This document shows, in pieces, positions 1-9,376 of a stretch of DNA of 64,000 nt. Each line of letters starts with the position of its first letter. Positions within the stretch are counted from its first letter, which is position 1. The translations under genes were made by a program, and so were the position numbers. Below the pieces are notes generated by a model. It searched no databases. It had not been told where the DNA came from and saw only the letters and a program-made list of their open reading frames with translations. The stretch spans positions 7,113 to 71,112 of the forward strand of contig JBAQFO010000012.1 of assembly GCA_049287305.1 (NCBI GenBank), in the 5' to 3' direction. The DNA is from Minisyncoccia bacterium (GTDB taxonomy: Bacteria; Patescibacteriota; Minisyncoccia; Phycocordibacterales; UBA9973).

Positions 1-776
1 CCAAGAGCTTCTCCCAGGGAGGTGGTGCTTTTTTCATATTGAGCTATGCCTCCCAGCGCAACGATGGGGTCTGCGTCGTAAAGCTGTATATCTTCCAAAT
101 TTTCCACCACTTTTTCTCCCATATTTAACACATCTAAATATAGAAGGGACAGATTCTGTGGGACTTCTATCTTTGACATCGCATTCATTCGTGCTCGAGT
201 TTCCTTTATTATTGGACCAAGTTGAGACAGGTTGCCGCTGTCGGAATCGTTTTCGTCAATTACAAATTTTTGCAATATATCCATCACGCTTCCCTGTATT
301 GGGTATTTAACGTAGATGCCGTTCAGTGTATCGTTGAATTTTTTCGTAGCAGTCACGCTGTTATCAGGCAACACCCTTATGTCAGAAAGTGTATATATTT
401 TTCTTTGAGTAGAATTTTTTATATGCTCGGCGAGGGAACTGCTTATCTGCTCAACTGTGGACTGATCCATAACCCCTGCTTCATTCAAGGCGGCTATTGT
501 AGAGAAAAGTTCTCGGGAGAACTTATCGGTTTCGGTTAGGGTTTCATTGCTATTCCCTAAGTTTCCTTCCTCACCCATACTTGCCTCCTGCTCTACTTTT
601 AGTTTGTTCACCGTTGTAATATCGGGCACCCCTGGAGTGGTTTCTCGGTTGTCGGGGTCTAGCCCCCACAAGACTTCTTCCCAGTCGGGCACACCATCTT
701 GGTCGGTGTCGTTATATACCAGTTCTGCCACAGTATAGTCTCCGTAAAGTAACACGTTTTCACGATTAACTTCCAA
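1..776 (-). CDS. Hypothetical protein, 3' end beyond window start (partial)
   Basis: Own reverse-complement translation of 1..776 gives a stop-free frame running off position 1 (>=258 codons): ...LEVNRENVLLYGDYTVAELVYNDTDQDGVPDWEEVLWGLDPDN.... It is absent from the ORF track because no stop falls inside the window. Start is uncertain: TTG at 776..774 follows AAGGAG with a 6-nt spacer, and alternative GTG/TTG codons lie up to 827. Confidence 0.5.
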   Translation of the reverse strand, partial: MEVNRENVLLYGDYTVAELVYNDTDQDGVPDWEEVLWGLDPDNRETTPGVPDITTVNKLKVEQEASMGEEGNLGNSNETLTETDKFSRELFSTIAALNEAGVMDQSTVEQISSSLAEHIKNSTQRKIYTLSDIRVLPDNSVTATKKFNDTLNGIYVKYPIQGSVMDILQKFVIDENDSDSGNLSQLGPIIKETRARMNAMSKIEVPQNLSLLYLDVLNMGEKVVENLEDIQLYDADPIVALGGIAQYEKSTTSLGEAL

Positions 777-927
777 GCCTCCCTCCTTGTTTTTAAGCGG
801 CAAGCCGTTTTTGATGAAAAAAAGCACAACGAGAAAAACAATTGCGCATACAATTAAAATTACCTTCTTATGTTTTGCCCAAAATAATTTAGTTATGTGC
901 TAATTATAGCATCTTTTTTAAAGTAAA

Positions 928-1752
928 CTAGCTTTTGGCCAACTTTATCCAGTCTAAAAAAGGCAAGTCCTCCGCCCGCGTATTTCCCAACCTCTCCACA
1001 TCATCCGAATGAGGATTTTTAGACAAATTTTTGAGATTTGAGGAGAGTTTTTTTCTTTTGTGGGCAAATCCGGATTTTACCACTTCCCAAAATCTGCTTT
1101 CATCCACCGAATTGCTGGTAAAAAATTGGCGGGATATGTTTTTTATGGAAATTACTGCCGAATCCACCTTTGGAGCGGGAGAAAAATAACGCGCTGGCAC
1201 CTTCATTATCATTTTTGGCTCCCCGTAAGCCTTGACTGAGATTGACAGGATGCTTTCTTTGCCATCTCGGGCTACAATTCTCTGCGCCACTTCCCTCTGG
1301 ACTAGGAGCACCATGCTCTCCGGCTGTTCTTCGGCGGTTAAGAATTTTTTAAGTATTGCACCCGTGATGTTGTAGGGGATGTTTGCGATTATTTTGTATG
1401 GAAGTGGCTCAAAATTTTTCTCATGGTCTGGGGATTTTTTCCGAGGACCTGAGAAAAATTTTGAAGCCACTTCCCCAAAAGTGAAATCTAATATATCTTC
1501 TTGTATTAAGATTAATTTTTTACTATTTATTTCTTTTGCAAATTTAATTTTCAAAAACTCAAAAAGTTCGCGGTCTTTTTCCACCGCAACAACCATCCCC
1601 GCGTGTTCCAGTAATTTTTCCGTGAGAGCTCCCTTCCCCGGCCCGATTTCCAAAACCACGTCATCAGTTTTTATTTCTCCCGTTTCAATAATTTTTCGTA
1701 GAGCCGGTTCCGATTTCAGAAAGTTCTGACCCAAAGATTTCTTGGCTTTCAT
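928..1752 (-). CDS. rsmA: 16S rRNA (adenine1518/1519-N6)-dimethyltransferase RsmA/KsgA
   Basis: SLGQNFL motif plus a SAM-binding region (VLEIGPGKGALT). Start taken at the internal MKAKKS codon, where TAATG overlaps the stop of the upstream gene. The ORF-track start at 1818 is probably an extension. Confidence 0.9.
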   Translation of the reverse strand: MKAKKSLGQNFLKSEPALRKIIETGEIKTDDVVLEIGPGKGALTEKLLEHAGMVVAVEKDRELFEFLKIKFAKEINSKKLILIQEDILDFTFGEVASKFFSGPRKKSPDHEKNFEPLPYKIIANIPYNITGAILKKFLTAEEQPESMVLLVQREVAQRIVARDGKESILSISVKAYGEPKMIMKVPARYFSPAPKVDSAVISIKNISRQFFTSNSVDESRFWEVVKSGFAHKRKKLSSNLKNLSKNPHSDDVERLGNTRAEDLPFLDWIKLAKS

Positions 1753-3347
1753 TAGGTTATAATCATTACTCCAATAATGAAAATAAGATATGCCATGTAG
1801 ACGAAAAATCCTTTCCACTCCTTATAATTTTTCTGGGTGATAAAATACCAAGACAGAAGGCTGGCCACGATAGATGGCATCCAAAGAAAACTCATTTCAA
1901 AATACCAAGGAATCAAAAGAAAGAAAAAACAAATAGTTCCCGCAATTAATTTTTGTGCTCTCCCTAGCCCCAAGAGAACAGGCAAAGTTTTTATGCCGTC
2001 GACCTTATCCCCCTCAAAATCTTTTATGTCGCGAATGTTTGTAACCGCAGTGAAGAAAATAACTATGGCAACAATCAGTCCGAGAGGAAAGGTCACAATG
2101 CTCTTGTCCGGGCTTATCATGAAAAACCCCAGCATTATAACGGATAAACAGGCAAGGCTGACCAAAAAAGAATTTACCAACACAAACCTTTTTAGTCGAA
2201 GGGGAGGATTGGAGTAAATGTAGTAAACGAACAAGAACATGCTGACAAAAAATATTGCGTAATGACTTGAGGCGTAAGCAAAAAGGAAAGTCAAAAGCAG
2301 AAATATTTTTGAGGCTGTCTCCATGTCGCTTCGAGAAAGCTCTTTCGCGATGATGGGCCGGCCGGCGTTGGAGATAGAATCAATCTTCTCGTCGTAGATG
2401 TCGTTTTGGCATACGCTATACATCCAGGCGCAAACTATAGAGAAAAAAGCGAACAAATAACTCGCGACATCTATCCAATTCGCAGGCCAAGCGGTGAAGA
2501 TAAGACTGCTACCGAACACATAAAGCAAAAAGAAATGAAATATTCTTTCCGGGCGGGTATTTTTCATCATCGCCTTAAATTTTTCTCTTGTCCCTACAAA
2601 GAACAAAAGCATTCCGGAGATTACGGCAACTACTAAATTAGCTCCAATCATGAGTTTGTTAAAGGCCAGGTCAACAAGCCCAATGTCGTTAGCGGTAAAG
2701 TTGGGGTGAATGTTGTTGGGCAGGATGTTTGAAGTCATTAATGATTCCATCACTGCAAAAGAAGCGTCAATATTTTGCGGCAGAGCCAAAGCCAAAAGAG
2801 AAGGCAGGGAAAATATAAAAAATATTAAACAGTAAAAAGCAAAACCTGCTCCGAGCGCTCTCCACACGCTTCTCTTTATGGTGTATACGTAAACCAAGCA
2901 AAAAATAATTCCCATAAAAGTTTCAACCTGTATGCCAAGAGTAATTCCCGAGGTTATATTCCAACCAAAAAAAGTAACGAAGCTCCAGAGGAGCTCTTGG
3001 CCAGACATAAAGAAATAACTTATTAATTGACCGCCGATTCCCGCGAAGATAACATCAATAATGGGCGCAATCAGTATGATTAATAATCCAAAAGTGCAAA
3101 CTACCGATACCTCGTGGAGATTGCGTCTGCCAAACAACATTAAAATCAGCATCAGGGAGATGTTTATAGCCAAATAAGATACACCGTAATGAACTATTGT
3201 GGGTGCGTCAATTAGAACAAAATGGCCGGGCTGAAAACTCGGAAACTGCTCAAAAAACGTTCGGATAACCACAACTCCCGCCAGGGAAATAAACCATGAT
3301 TCAAAAGTAATCGGGACAGATCTGGCATATAAGCGAAGTTTTTCCAT
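1752..3347 (-). CDS. Polytopic membrane protein with C-terminal UbiA-family prenyltransferase domain
   Basis: About 13 predicted TM segments. The C-terminal half carries both Asp-rich UbiA motifs (CQNDIYDEKID and DIKDFEGDKVDG). The N-terminal roughly 250 aa form an extra TM domain of unknown function. Confidence 0.75.
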   Translation of the reverse strand: MEKLRLYARSVPITFESWFISLAGVVVIRTFFEQFPSFQPGHFVLIDAPTIVHYGVSYLAINISLMLILMLFGRRNLHEVSVVCTFGLLIILIAPIIDVIFAGIGGQLISYFFMSGQELLWSFVTFFGWNITSGITLGIQVETFMGIIFCLVYVYTIKRSVWRALGAGFAFYCLIFFIFSLPSLLALALPQNIDASFAVMESLMTSNILPNNIHPNFTANDIGLVDLAFNKLMIGANLVVAVISGMLLFFVGTREKFKAMMKNTRPERIFHFFLLYVFGSSLIFTAWPANWIDVASYLFAFFSIVCAWMYSVCQNDIYDEKIDSISNAGRPIIAKELSRSDMETASKIFLLLTFLFAYASSHYAIFFVSMFLFVYYIYSNPPLRLKRFVLVNSFLVSLACLSVIMLGFFMISPDKSIVTFPLGLIVAIVIFFTAVTNIRDIKDFEGDKVDGIKTLPVLLGLGRAQKLIAGTICFFFLLIPWYFEMSFLWMPSIVASLLSWYFITQKNYKEWKGFFVYMAYLIFIIGVMIIT

Positions 3348-3392
3348 AGAAAAATAATAGCACGAAGCTAGATTTTTTGCTCTCTCGTTCTT

Positions 3393-5420
3393 TTATAGAT
3401 ATATTGTTTTTATCCCGCTGTCTTCACCTTCTTTTTCCAATAAATCAGCGGGGAGGTCGCTCAGAAACTCGGATGGAGCATTTATATTACGTGAACCGAA
3501 AATAGTGCGGAAGTTGGCAAACGATAAAAATAATTTTTCTTTGGCTCGGGTGAGAGCGACATAGAAAAGTCGGCGCTCCTCTTCCCTGTCTTCTCCACTT
3601 TGTCCCTCATTTTGTCTTTGGTGTGGGAAGAGTCCGTCTTCAAGTCCGGTAATAAAAACATGCTTGAACTCCAACCCCTTGGACGCGTGCACTGTCATCA
3701 ACTTTACCGCACTTACTTCTTTTTTCTTGTCATCGTTTATTATCAAGCTGTCTTGGTCCGAGGCGAGCGAGGCGTCTTCCAAAAGTTTTTCTATCCCTGT
3801 GCCGTCTTCTAGGGCATCGTATTTGAGTGCCAGGGTGGCAAGCTCCTTTATGTTTTCAAGTCTTTCTGTTTCTTCTTCGCTTCCGTTTGCGAGCTCTTGC
3901 TCAATGCCAGACTTTTTCACCACAAATTTTATTACTTCGCTTGTTTTGGAATTTTGTATTTTTTCTTTTATTTCTTCAAGGACTTGGAAGAAAGTGTCAA
4001 TTTTCACCCTTACTTTAATGGGGAGGGTTTCTTTTTGTCCGGCAAATAGCTTTGTCAGAGTCACCTTGCCTATTCCGCGAGTGGGGAAATTTATAATTCT
4101 TTTTATATCTGATAAGTTGTCAGGGTTTAAGGCCGCGCGCAGATAAGCAAGAGTGTCTTTTATTTCTTTTCTTTCAAAAAACTTAATACCCAAAACTTGA
4201 TAAGGGATGTTATAGCGAAGCATGGCTTCTTCGAGCGCGCGAGATTGGAAATTCGCTCGATACAGAACCGCCATCTCCGACAAAACCAGTCCGGCAGTGC
4301 TTTTGCTCAGGTCCTCGGTTCTCCGGGTCCCTATCCCGGCCAGACCATTCTCAAAAGCAGCGCCGGACTGGTCAAGCACCCCCAAAATTTTTGTCGCCAC
4401 AAAATCCGCTTCGTCGGTTTCGTCCAGCGCCTCGTAAAGTCCTATTTTTTCACCAACAGCGTTGTCGGTGAATAAATTTTTGTCGGGGCGATAAATATTT
4501 TTCTTTATTATTACATTAGCCGCTTCCAGAATGTTTTTTGTTGAACGGTAATTTTGTTCCAGCATTATTATCGTGGCATCGGGATAGTCTTTTTCAAAGC
4601 TTAGAATATTTTTCAAATTAGCTCCGCGCCACGAATATATATTTTGGTCGGCGTCCCCCACCACGCAGATGTTTTTATTGTTTTCGGACAAAAGTTTGGA
4701 CATCAAATACTGCACTTCGTTTGTGTCCTGGTATTCGTCCACGTGGATGTATTCCCATTTTTCCTGATATATTTTTCTAATTTCAGGCTTGTCTTGCAAT
4801 AGTTTTGTAGCCTTTAAAAGCAAATCGTCAAAATCAAGTGCATTTTCTTTCATCTTTCTTTTTTCATACAGATTCCAAACCTGAGACACAATTCTGCCCC
4901 AAGGACTTGCCCCTCCGGCTTCCCTTTCCGCGTAGTCCGCCAAGTGAATGAATTTTCCTTTCTCTCTTGAGATAATACTTTTTATTTTTTTAGGTTCGTA
5001 TTGCTTCGGGTCTACCCCTAATTCTTTCTGGATATCTTTAATGAGCCCGACAGCATCATTTTCGTCCAATATTGTAAAATATTTTGTTAGTCCCAAAATT
5101 CTGGCGTTCTCTTTTATAATAAACACCCCCAAGGAGTGGAAGGTAGATACAAACGGAATTTTATTTTGCCCTTTGGCGTTTTTTTCTATTTCCGCAATCA
5201 CCCGTTCCCGCATTTCTTTGGCGGCTTTATTGGTAAAAGTTACGGCCAGGATTTTTTCGGGAGAAACGCCTTCCTTGATAAGATTTACTATCCTATGAGT
5301 AATTGTTTTAGTCTTTCCGGCTCCCGCGCCCGCAACAATAAGAAGCGGCCCCTTCGTGTGAAGCGCCGCCTGCCGTTGTTCTTTATTTAAACCTCTTAGG
5401 TGTTCTGTGTCCTTGTCCAC
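3393..5420 (-). CDS. uvrD: ATP-dependent DNA helicase UvrD/PcrA family
   Basis: Walker A GAGAGKT close to the N-terminus, 675 aa with the typical UvrD helicase motif order. Confidence 0.9.
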   Translation of the reverse strand: MDKDTEHLRGLNKEQRQAALHTKGPLLIVAGAGAGKTKTITHRIVNLIKEGVSPEKILAVTFTNKAAKEMRERVIAEIEKNAKGQNKIPFVSTFHSLGVFIIKENARILGLTKYFTILDENDAVGLIKDIQKELGVDPKQYEPKKIKSIISREKGKFIHLADYAEREAGGASPWGRIVSQVWNLYEKRKMKENALDFDDLLLKATKLLQDKPEIRKIYQEKWEYIHVDEYQDTNEVQYLMSKLLSENNKNICVVGDADQNIYSWRGANLKNILSFEKDYPDATIIMLEQNYRSTKNILEAANVIIKKNIYRPDKNLFTDNAVGEKIGLYEALDETDEADFVATKILGVLDQSGAAFENGLAGIGTRRTEDLSKSTAGLVLSEMAVLYRANFQSRALEEAMLRYNIPYQVLGIKFFERKEIKDTLAYLRAALNPDNLSDIKRIINFPTRGIGKVTLTKLFAGQKETLPIKVRVKIDTFFQVLEEIKEKIQNSKTSEVIKFVVKKSGIEQELANGSEEETERLENIKELATLALKYDALEDGTGIEKLLEDASLASDQDSLIINDDKKKEVSAVKLMTVHASKGLEFKHVFITGLEDGLFPHQRQNEGQSGEDREEERRLFYVALTRAKEKLFLSFANFRTIFGSRNINAPSEFLSDLPADLLEKEGEDSGIKTIYL

Positions 5421-5445
5421 AACTCCAATATAACACGGATGTTTA

Positions 5446-5742
5446 CTACTGACTTAATTTAGCCCTTAAGTCCTCCACTTTTATTTTATCTTTTAGAACT
5501 TTTTGTGTTTTGTTTATTTTATCAATTGCGTTTAACCCCCTTTTCTGCATTTCGGCTATGCTGCGAACACCACCACCTTCAGCTCGCATTGCTTCCTCAA
5601 AAAACGCAAAAGTTAGCTTGTCTTGAATTTTTTGTGGAAATTTCTGCAGATTATCAAGCAGAAAATTTCTAGCACCCTCCTCATCTTCTTTGTCCACGTA
5701 AACTAGAAATTCTTTATAAAGGTCTGAGAATGTAGCATTCAT
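5446..5742 (-). CDS. Hypothetical protein
   Basis: 98-aa ORF 2 nt downstream of the 5745..6749 gene (operon-like spacing). No recognisable motif. Confidence 0.5.
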   Translation of the reverse strand: MNATFSDLYKEFLVYVDKEDEEGARNFLLDNLQKFPQKIQDKLTFAFFEEAMRAEGGGVRSIAEMQKRGLNAIDKINKTQKVLKDKIKVEDLRAKLSQ

Positions 5743-5744
5743 GG

Positions 5745-6749
5745 TTATTTTAATTGGTCTTTTTTATTGCTAATTTCCTCCTCAAACAAACTGGACAAAA
5801 CGTAATTCCAAAACCCCTTGCTTTCCTTGTTCTTTTCTCGGTATTCCTCCTGCTGGTCTTCAATAAACAAATCTTTTATGGCGTCCTGTCCCATATCATC
5901 TTCGGTAGCATATCCTGATTTAACCTTAAAATCTTCCCATGCTTTTTTAAAATCCTTTTCGTCAAAAGCAGCAGCTGTTTCTTTTTTAGCGTTGATAAAT
6001 CCAACCTTCGGTTCTTCTTCGGGGGCGCTTTCAGAAAGTAGTTCTCTAGCCAGGGACTCTCTCATGTCTTCGTTGCCCCTTACACTATAAAAAAGAGATT
6101 CCCCGATGGTATTTTGATGAGTGTTTAACTGCTCTACCGCTTCCGTCAAAGAAACTTCAGAAGCCTTTAATCCCTCTAGTCTGTCTGAGTAATCTCCATC
6201 AATCCAGTTTATTGCTGCCATAAACCTTCCATGTTGACCCTTCGCCAACTTCTTTAGAGCTTTTTTCTTCTCTTTCGGGTCTTCTATTTCAAGCACCTTT
6301 AAATATTCTTCCGGAGAGATGTCGTTGTCCTTGCAGAACTTTTCCACCTTCTCGTTGGTTTTCTTATACTCTCCGTTTCTGTAACTGTCTAATGCTTCTA
6401 TTGGTTCTGCAATCGCGGCAAACCTTGCCTCGTCGGTGATGCACATTTCTTTCAGCTGGCTTCGGACCACGGCGATGGCTTTCTTTGGACCAATAAGATT
6501 TATTAGCTTTGCAAAACTGGGATGATTGCGTGCAATTGCAACTACGCTGTCTTCTGTCAGCATAGCTTCTATTTTTGCTGATTGGGTTAGTTTTTCTGAA
6601 AATTTTAGTCTTACTTCTTCAAGTGCTTCTATGTCGTCTTCCTCCAGTTTTCCCGAAGCAAGTCTTTTAACTAATTCTTCGTGTCCGTCTTGCTCGAGCA
6701 TTTTTCCAAAAAGATGGCTGTCTTTTTTGTCTTTCAGCACTTCCGCCAA
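5745..6749 (-). CDS. Hypothetical acidic coiled-coil protein
   Basis: 334 aa, Glu/Lys-rich, AT-rich host-like codon usage. No recognisable domain. Confidence 0.55.
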   Translation of the reverse strand: MAEVLKDKKDSHLFGKMLEQDGHEELVKRLASGKLEEDDIEALEEVRLKFSEKLTQSAKIEAMLTEDSVVAIARNHPSFAKLINLIGPKKAIAVVRSQLKEMCITDEARFAAIAEPIEALDSYRNGEYKKTNEKVEKFCKDNDISPEEYLKVLEIEDPKEKKKALKKLAKGQHGRFMAAINWIDGDYSDRLEGLKASEVSLTEAVEQLNTHQNTIGESLFYSVRGNEDMRESLARELLSESAPEEEPKVGFINAKKETAAAFDEKDFKKAWEDFKVKSGYATEDDMGQDAIKDLFIEDQQEEYREKNKESKGFWNYVLSSLFEEEISNKKDQLK

Positions 6750-6950
6750 AGTATGACCTTTCGGTGGGGGGTTTGGTGCTCTACTTTCTTTCCTTCCTCT
6801 TCTTTCTTCTCTTTATTTTTTTTAAACTGGTCTAGGATTCCCATATGTTTATTTAGTATAAAACTTTTAATTTTGATAAGCTAATAAAATTATTTTTTCT
6901 ATTTCATATTTTATAATATTTTTAGAAATTTGTCAAGGTCGTTTAAAGTT

Positions 6951-7538
6951 TTACTTTCCTGCCATCCTCTCTCTTATCTCAGCCATCTTTTTCTCTTTTT
7001 TTATTAAGGGGTCGTTATCCTTGTTTTTTTCTGTGTCCGTAAACGCCGCTATCCTGGCCCTTATCTCGGCTATTTTCTTAACTCTTATTTCTTCCATCTC
7101 TGCTTTTTCGGCGGCGATAGCTTCTGTGTTAATAGGCTCTACTTCACTTTTTAATTCTCTTATTTTATATCCAAGCCGAGCCACTTCTCTTTCCTGTTCT
7201 CTTTTTGTGTGTTCGCCCTCATAGTGGGTATCTTTCAGCCTCTCTAGCAACATTTGGGCATTTTTTATATTAACCTCTGCAGTAGTATACAATCTTTCAT
7301 ATGTGTCGTCTTGTGCGTCGAAAATGGCTTTTTCAACATCACCCACCATGTTATGCAACTCTTCTATGCCGTCAAAATTGTTGACTGGTTTTGTTTCTAG
7401 AGCTCGCCTAGGAGATTTTTGTGAAATTTTAGGTCTCTGGGTAATCTTATTATTTTGTAGATTTATCTTCATTACACCGACTTTTTTTATCGGTTTGCCT
7501 TTAGGAGATTTAGGACTATCCCAAAAATTTAATTTCAT
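6951..7538 (-). CDS. Hypothetical Lys/Glu-rich protein
   Basis: 195-aa ORF with predicted coiled coil and no motif. Confidence 0.5.
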   Translation of the reverse strand: MKLNFWDSPKSPKGKPIKKVGVMKINLQNNKITQRPKISQKSPRRALETKPVNNFDGIEELHNMVGDVEKAIFDAQDDTYERLYTTAEVNIKNAQMLLERLKDTHYEGEHTKREQEREVARLGYKIRELKSEVEPINTEAIAAEKAEMEEIRVKKIAEIRARIAAFTDTEKNKDNDPLIKKEKKMAEIRERMAGK

Positions 7539-7639
7539 ATATATATATATTATATAAGGCTTTTGATTTTTAAGCTAATTCTTTATATACCATCATTAAT
7601 AATATGCCTTTTAAAAGATTTTGTAAAACAAGGGGTATA

Positions 7640-7692
7640 TAAAAAATAAAATAAAAAAGACCCCGCGATAAGCATAGCTTTTCTGCGAGGTC
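7640..7692 (-). terminator. Rho-independent terminator downstream of the GC-rich lytic transglycosylase gene
   Basis: On the minus strand, the hairpin gacctcgc...gcggggtc is followed by TTTTTTATTTTATTTTTT. Two more GC hairpins lie between it and the stop codon (7760-7786 ccgaggcggaga/tctccgcctcgg, and 7695-7710 gcggacc/ggtccgc). Confidence 0.55.
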
Positions 7693-7795
7693 TGGCGGAC
7701 CTCGGTCCGCACTTGATTTTTGATGTGATTTGATGTTCTTCTGCATGCTTCCTCCTTTGCCGAGGCGGAGAATGTCTCCGCCTCGGCTTCCTGTC

Positions 7796-9376
7796 TCACT
7801 TCTTGAAACGCGCCTTTGCTTCGGAGCGCGCGTCCTCGAACACCTGCGAGAAGAATTGACGTGACGACGGTGAAACCGTCACGTGGAACGTTCTGCTCCC
7901 CGTCACCTCCTCTATGAAGCTTAGGTATCCATAGTGCTCGAGGTCTTCCAGGATGAATGTCAGGCACCTCCGCTCTCCTTTCGGGAGGTAGAGATATGAA
8001 ACATCGAAGACTTGGCCACTCGTGTGCGTAGGAAATGCCGTCCGAGCGTTGACGATTTTTCCCTTCTTGAGTAGCTCCTGATACTCAAGGTGTCTGACGA
8101 GAGAAGTCACGTCCAACGGCACGAACTCCTCTTTCGGGTAGAGCTTCACGTGCAGGCGGCGGGTTTCAAACGCCACGGTCAGCAGCGCTCCATGGGCAGC
8201 CGGAGAGTTCTGGAGGTAAAGTTCTTGATTCTCCAGGTCCTTTTCGGCGATTGGCCCATTTCCCGAAGTCCGAAGCTTGAAGCCGAAGTAATCCGGCTCT
8301 TCGAACAAGGGCTCAAGCCCTTTTCCGCCACCGTCGCGCGGGTTTAGGTCACGAAGGTTTTTGTAAATCAAGTCCTTCTTGGTGAGCCAGAACCACATGC
8401 GGCTGGGAACCTCGCCCTTTACGTTGACGTTTTCCCTGTATCTCCGGGCCAGCTTTTTGAATTTAGCTGGTTCGGTCTGGTAAAGGTCGAAGAGCTCTGC
8501 GGCTGCGACGACGCGGAACCAATAAGTCGGAGACCAATCCCTTCCCATGTGATAGCGAATCTTGTGATAGATTTTGCTATTAAATGAGGGGTGGTTGAGG
8601 AAGAAAAGCCTCGGCATTGTAACTGGTTCGCCGAAGGCCTTCTTGCCAAGAGAGACCATCTCTTTGACGCACCCTCTTCCACAGTGGAAAGCAAACACCG
8701 CCAGGTCTTCCCCGCCGAGGTCCGCCTCCAACCGTTTCAGGTAATGCGCCGCCGCGAAGATCGACTTCTTGGCGTTGAGCCTGTCGTCTTTCACCACGAC
8801 GGTGTAAGAGACAGTTCTCCACCCGGTTGCCACCTTGCGCCGCTTCTTTCCCTTCCCTTTGTATTTCCATCCTTTGGGAACTTTTTTCTTGCGAACCTCC
8901 TTATTTACCAATCCCGCATCCACCCCTGTGCCTTCGGTGAACTGCATGACTCCGCGAGGACCGGTCGGGCTTTTCGCCCTTGGGTCTCCGCAGCTTTCAA
9001 TCCAAGCCATACCTTGCAGCATGGTCTGGGAGAAACCGCTCTCACGAGCAGCTTCTCTGAAAATCGGCTGAAGAGCATTAATACGTTCGGCGCATTGCAC
9101 AGCGACCGGGCTGCGCAATATTCCAAACTTCTGCTCTTCTACCACCCTCTCTGTTCGCTCAGAGAGAGCGGTTTCCGACATGTTTTCCCGTCCTACGCCA
9201 ACCGAAAGCTGGTGTTTGGGGACGAAAAACGACGGTTTTGTAAGCGCGTTTGTCGTTGCCGTGCCCAGCGTCCGCTGGAACATGACGAAAAGAGTGATGA
9301 GGCCGGTTACGAGAAGAACCTCGCACACTGCCAACACCACCCACCACATACGAGGAACCTCTCTGCAGCTTTTCAT
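7796..9376 (-). CDS. Membrane-anchored lytic transglycosylase (SLT domain) protein, GC-rich gene
   Basis: N-terminal TM segment, then SLT catalytic signature GMAWIESCGDPRAKSPTGPRGVMQFT. GC content is visibly higher than the flanking genes, and the gene has its own terminator. Confidence 0.8.
   Translation of the reverse strand: MKSCREVPRMWWVVLAVCEVLLVTGLITLFVMFQRTLGTATTNALTKPSFFVPKHQLSVGVGRENMSETALSERTERVVEEQKFGILRSPVAVQCAERINALQPIFREAARESGFSQTMLQGMAWIESCGDPRAKSPTGPRGVMQFTEGTGVDAGLVNKEVRKKKVPKGWKYKGKGKKRRKVATGWRTVSYTVVVKDDRLNAKKSIFAAAHYLKRLEADLGGEDLAVFAFHCGRGCVKEMVSLGKKAFGEPVTMPRLFFLNHPSFNSKIYHKIRYHMGRDWSPTYWFRVVAAAELFDLYQTEPAKFKKLARRYRENVNVKGEVPSRMWFWLTKKDLIYKNLRDLNPRDGGGKGLEPLFEEPDYFGFKLRTSGNGPIAEKDLENQELYLQNSPAAHGALLTVAFETRRLHVKLYPKEEFVPLDVTSLVRHLEYQELLKKGKIVNARTAFPTHTSGQVFDVSYLYLPKGERRCLTFILEDLEHYGYLSFIEEVTGSRTFHVTVSPSSRQFFSQVFEDARSEAKARFKK

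Noticed and set aside
659-853. 64-aa minus ORF (TTG start) reported by the track
   Set aside because: The adjacent frame is open for more than 258 codons to the window edge and has an SD-TTG start at 776. The 64-aa frame is probably a T-rich artefact, though a frameshift joining the two cannot be excluded.
3600-5390. Multiple plus-strand ORFs inside uvrD (for example 3664..4146, 4948..5298)
   Set aside because: Antisense frames within a well-supported helicase gene with Ser/Phe-rich low-complexity translations. The same applies to the small antisense ORFs inside pnp, carB, the histidine kinase, rny and nusA.
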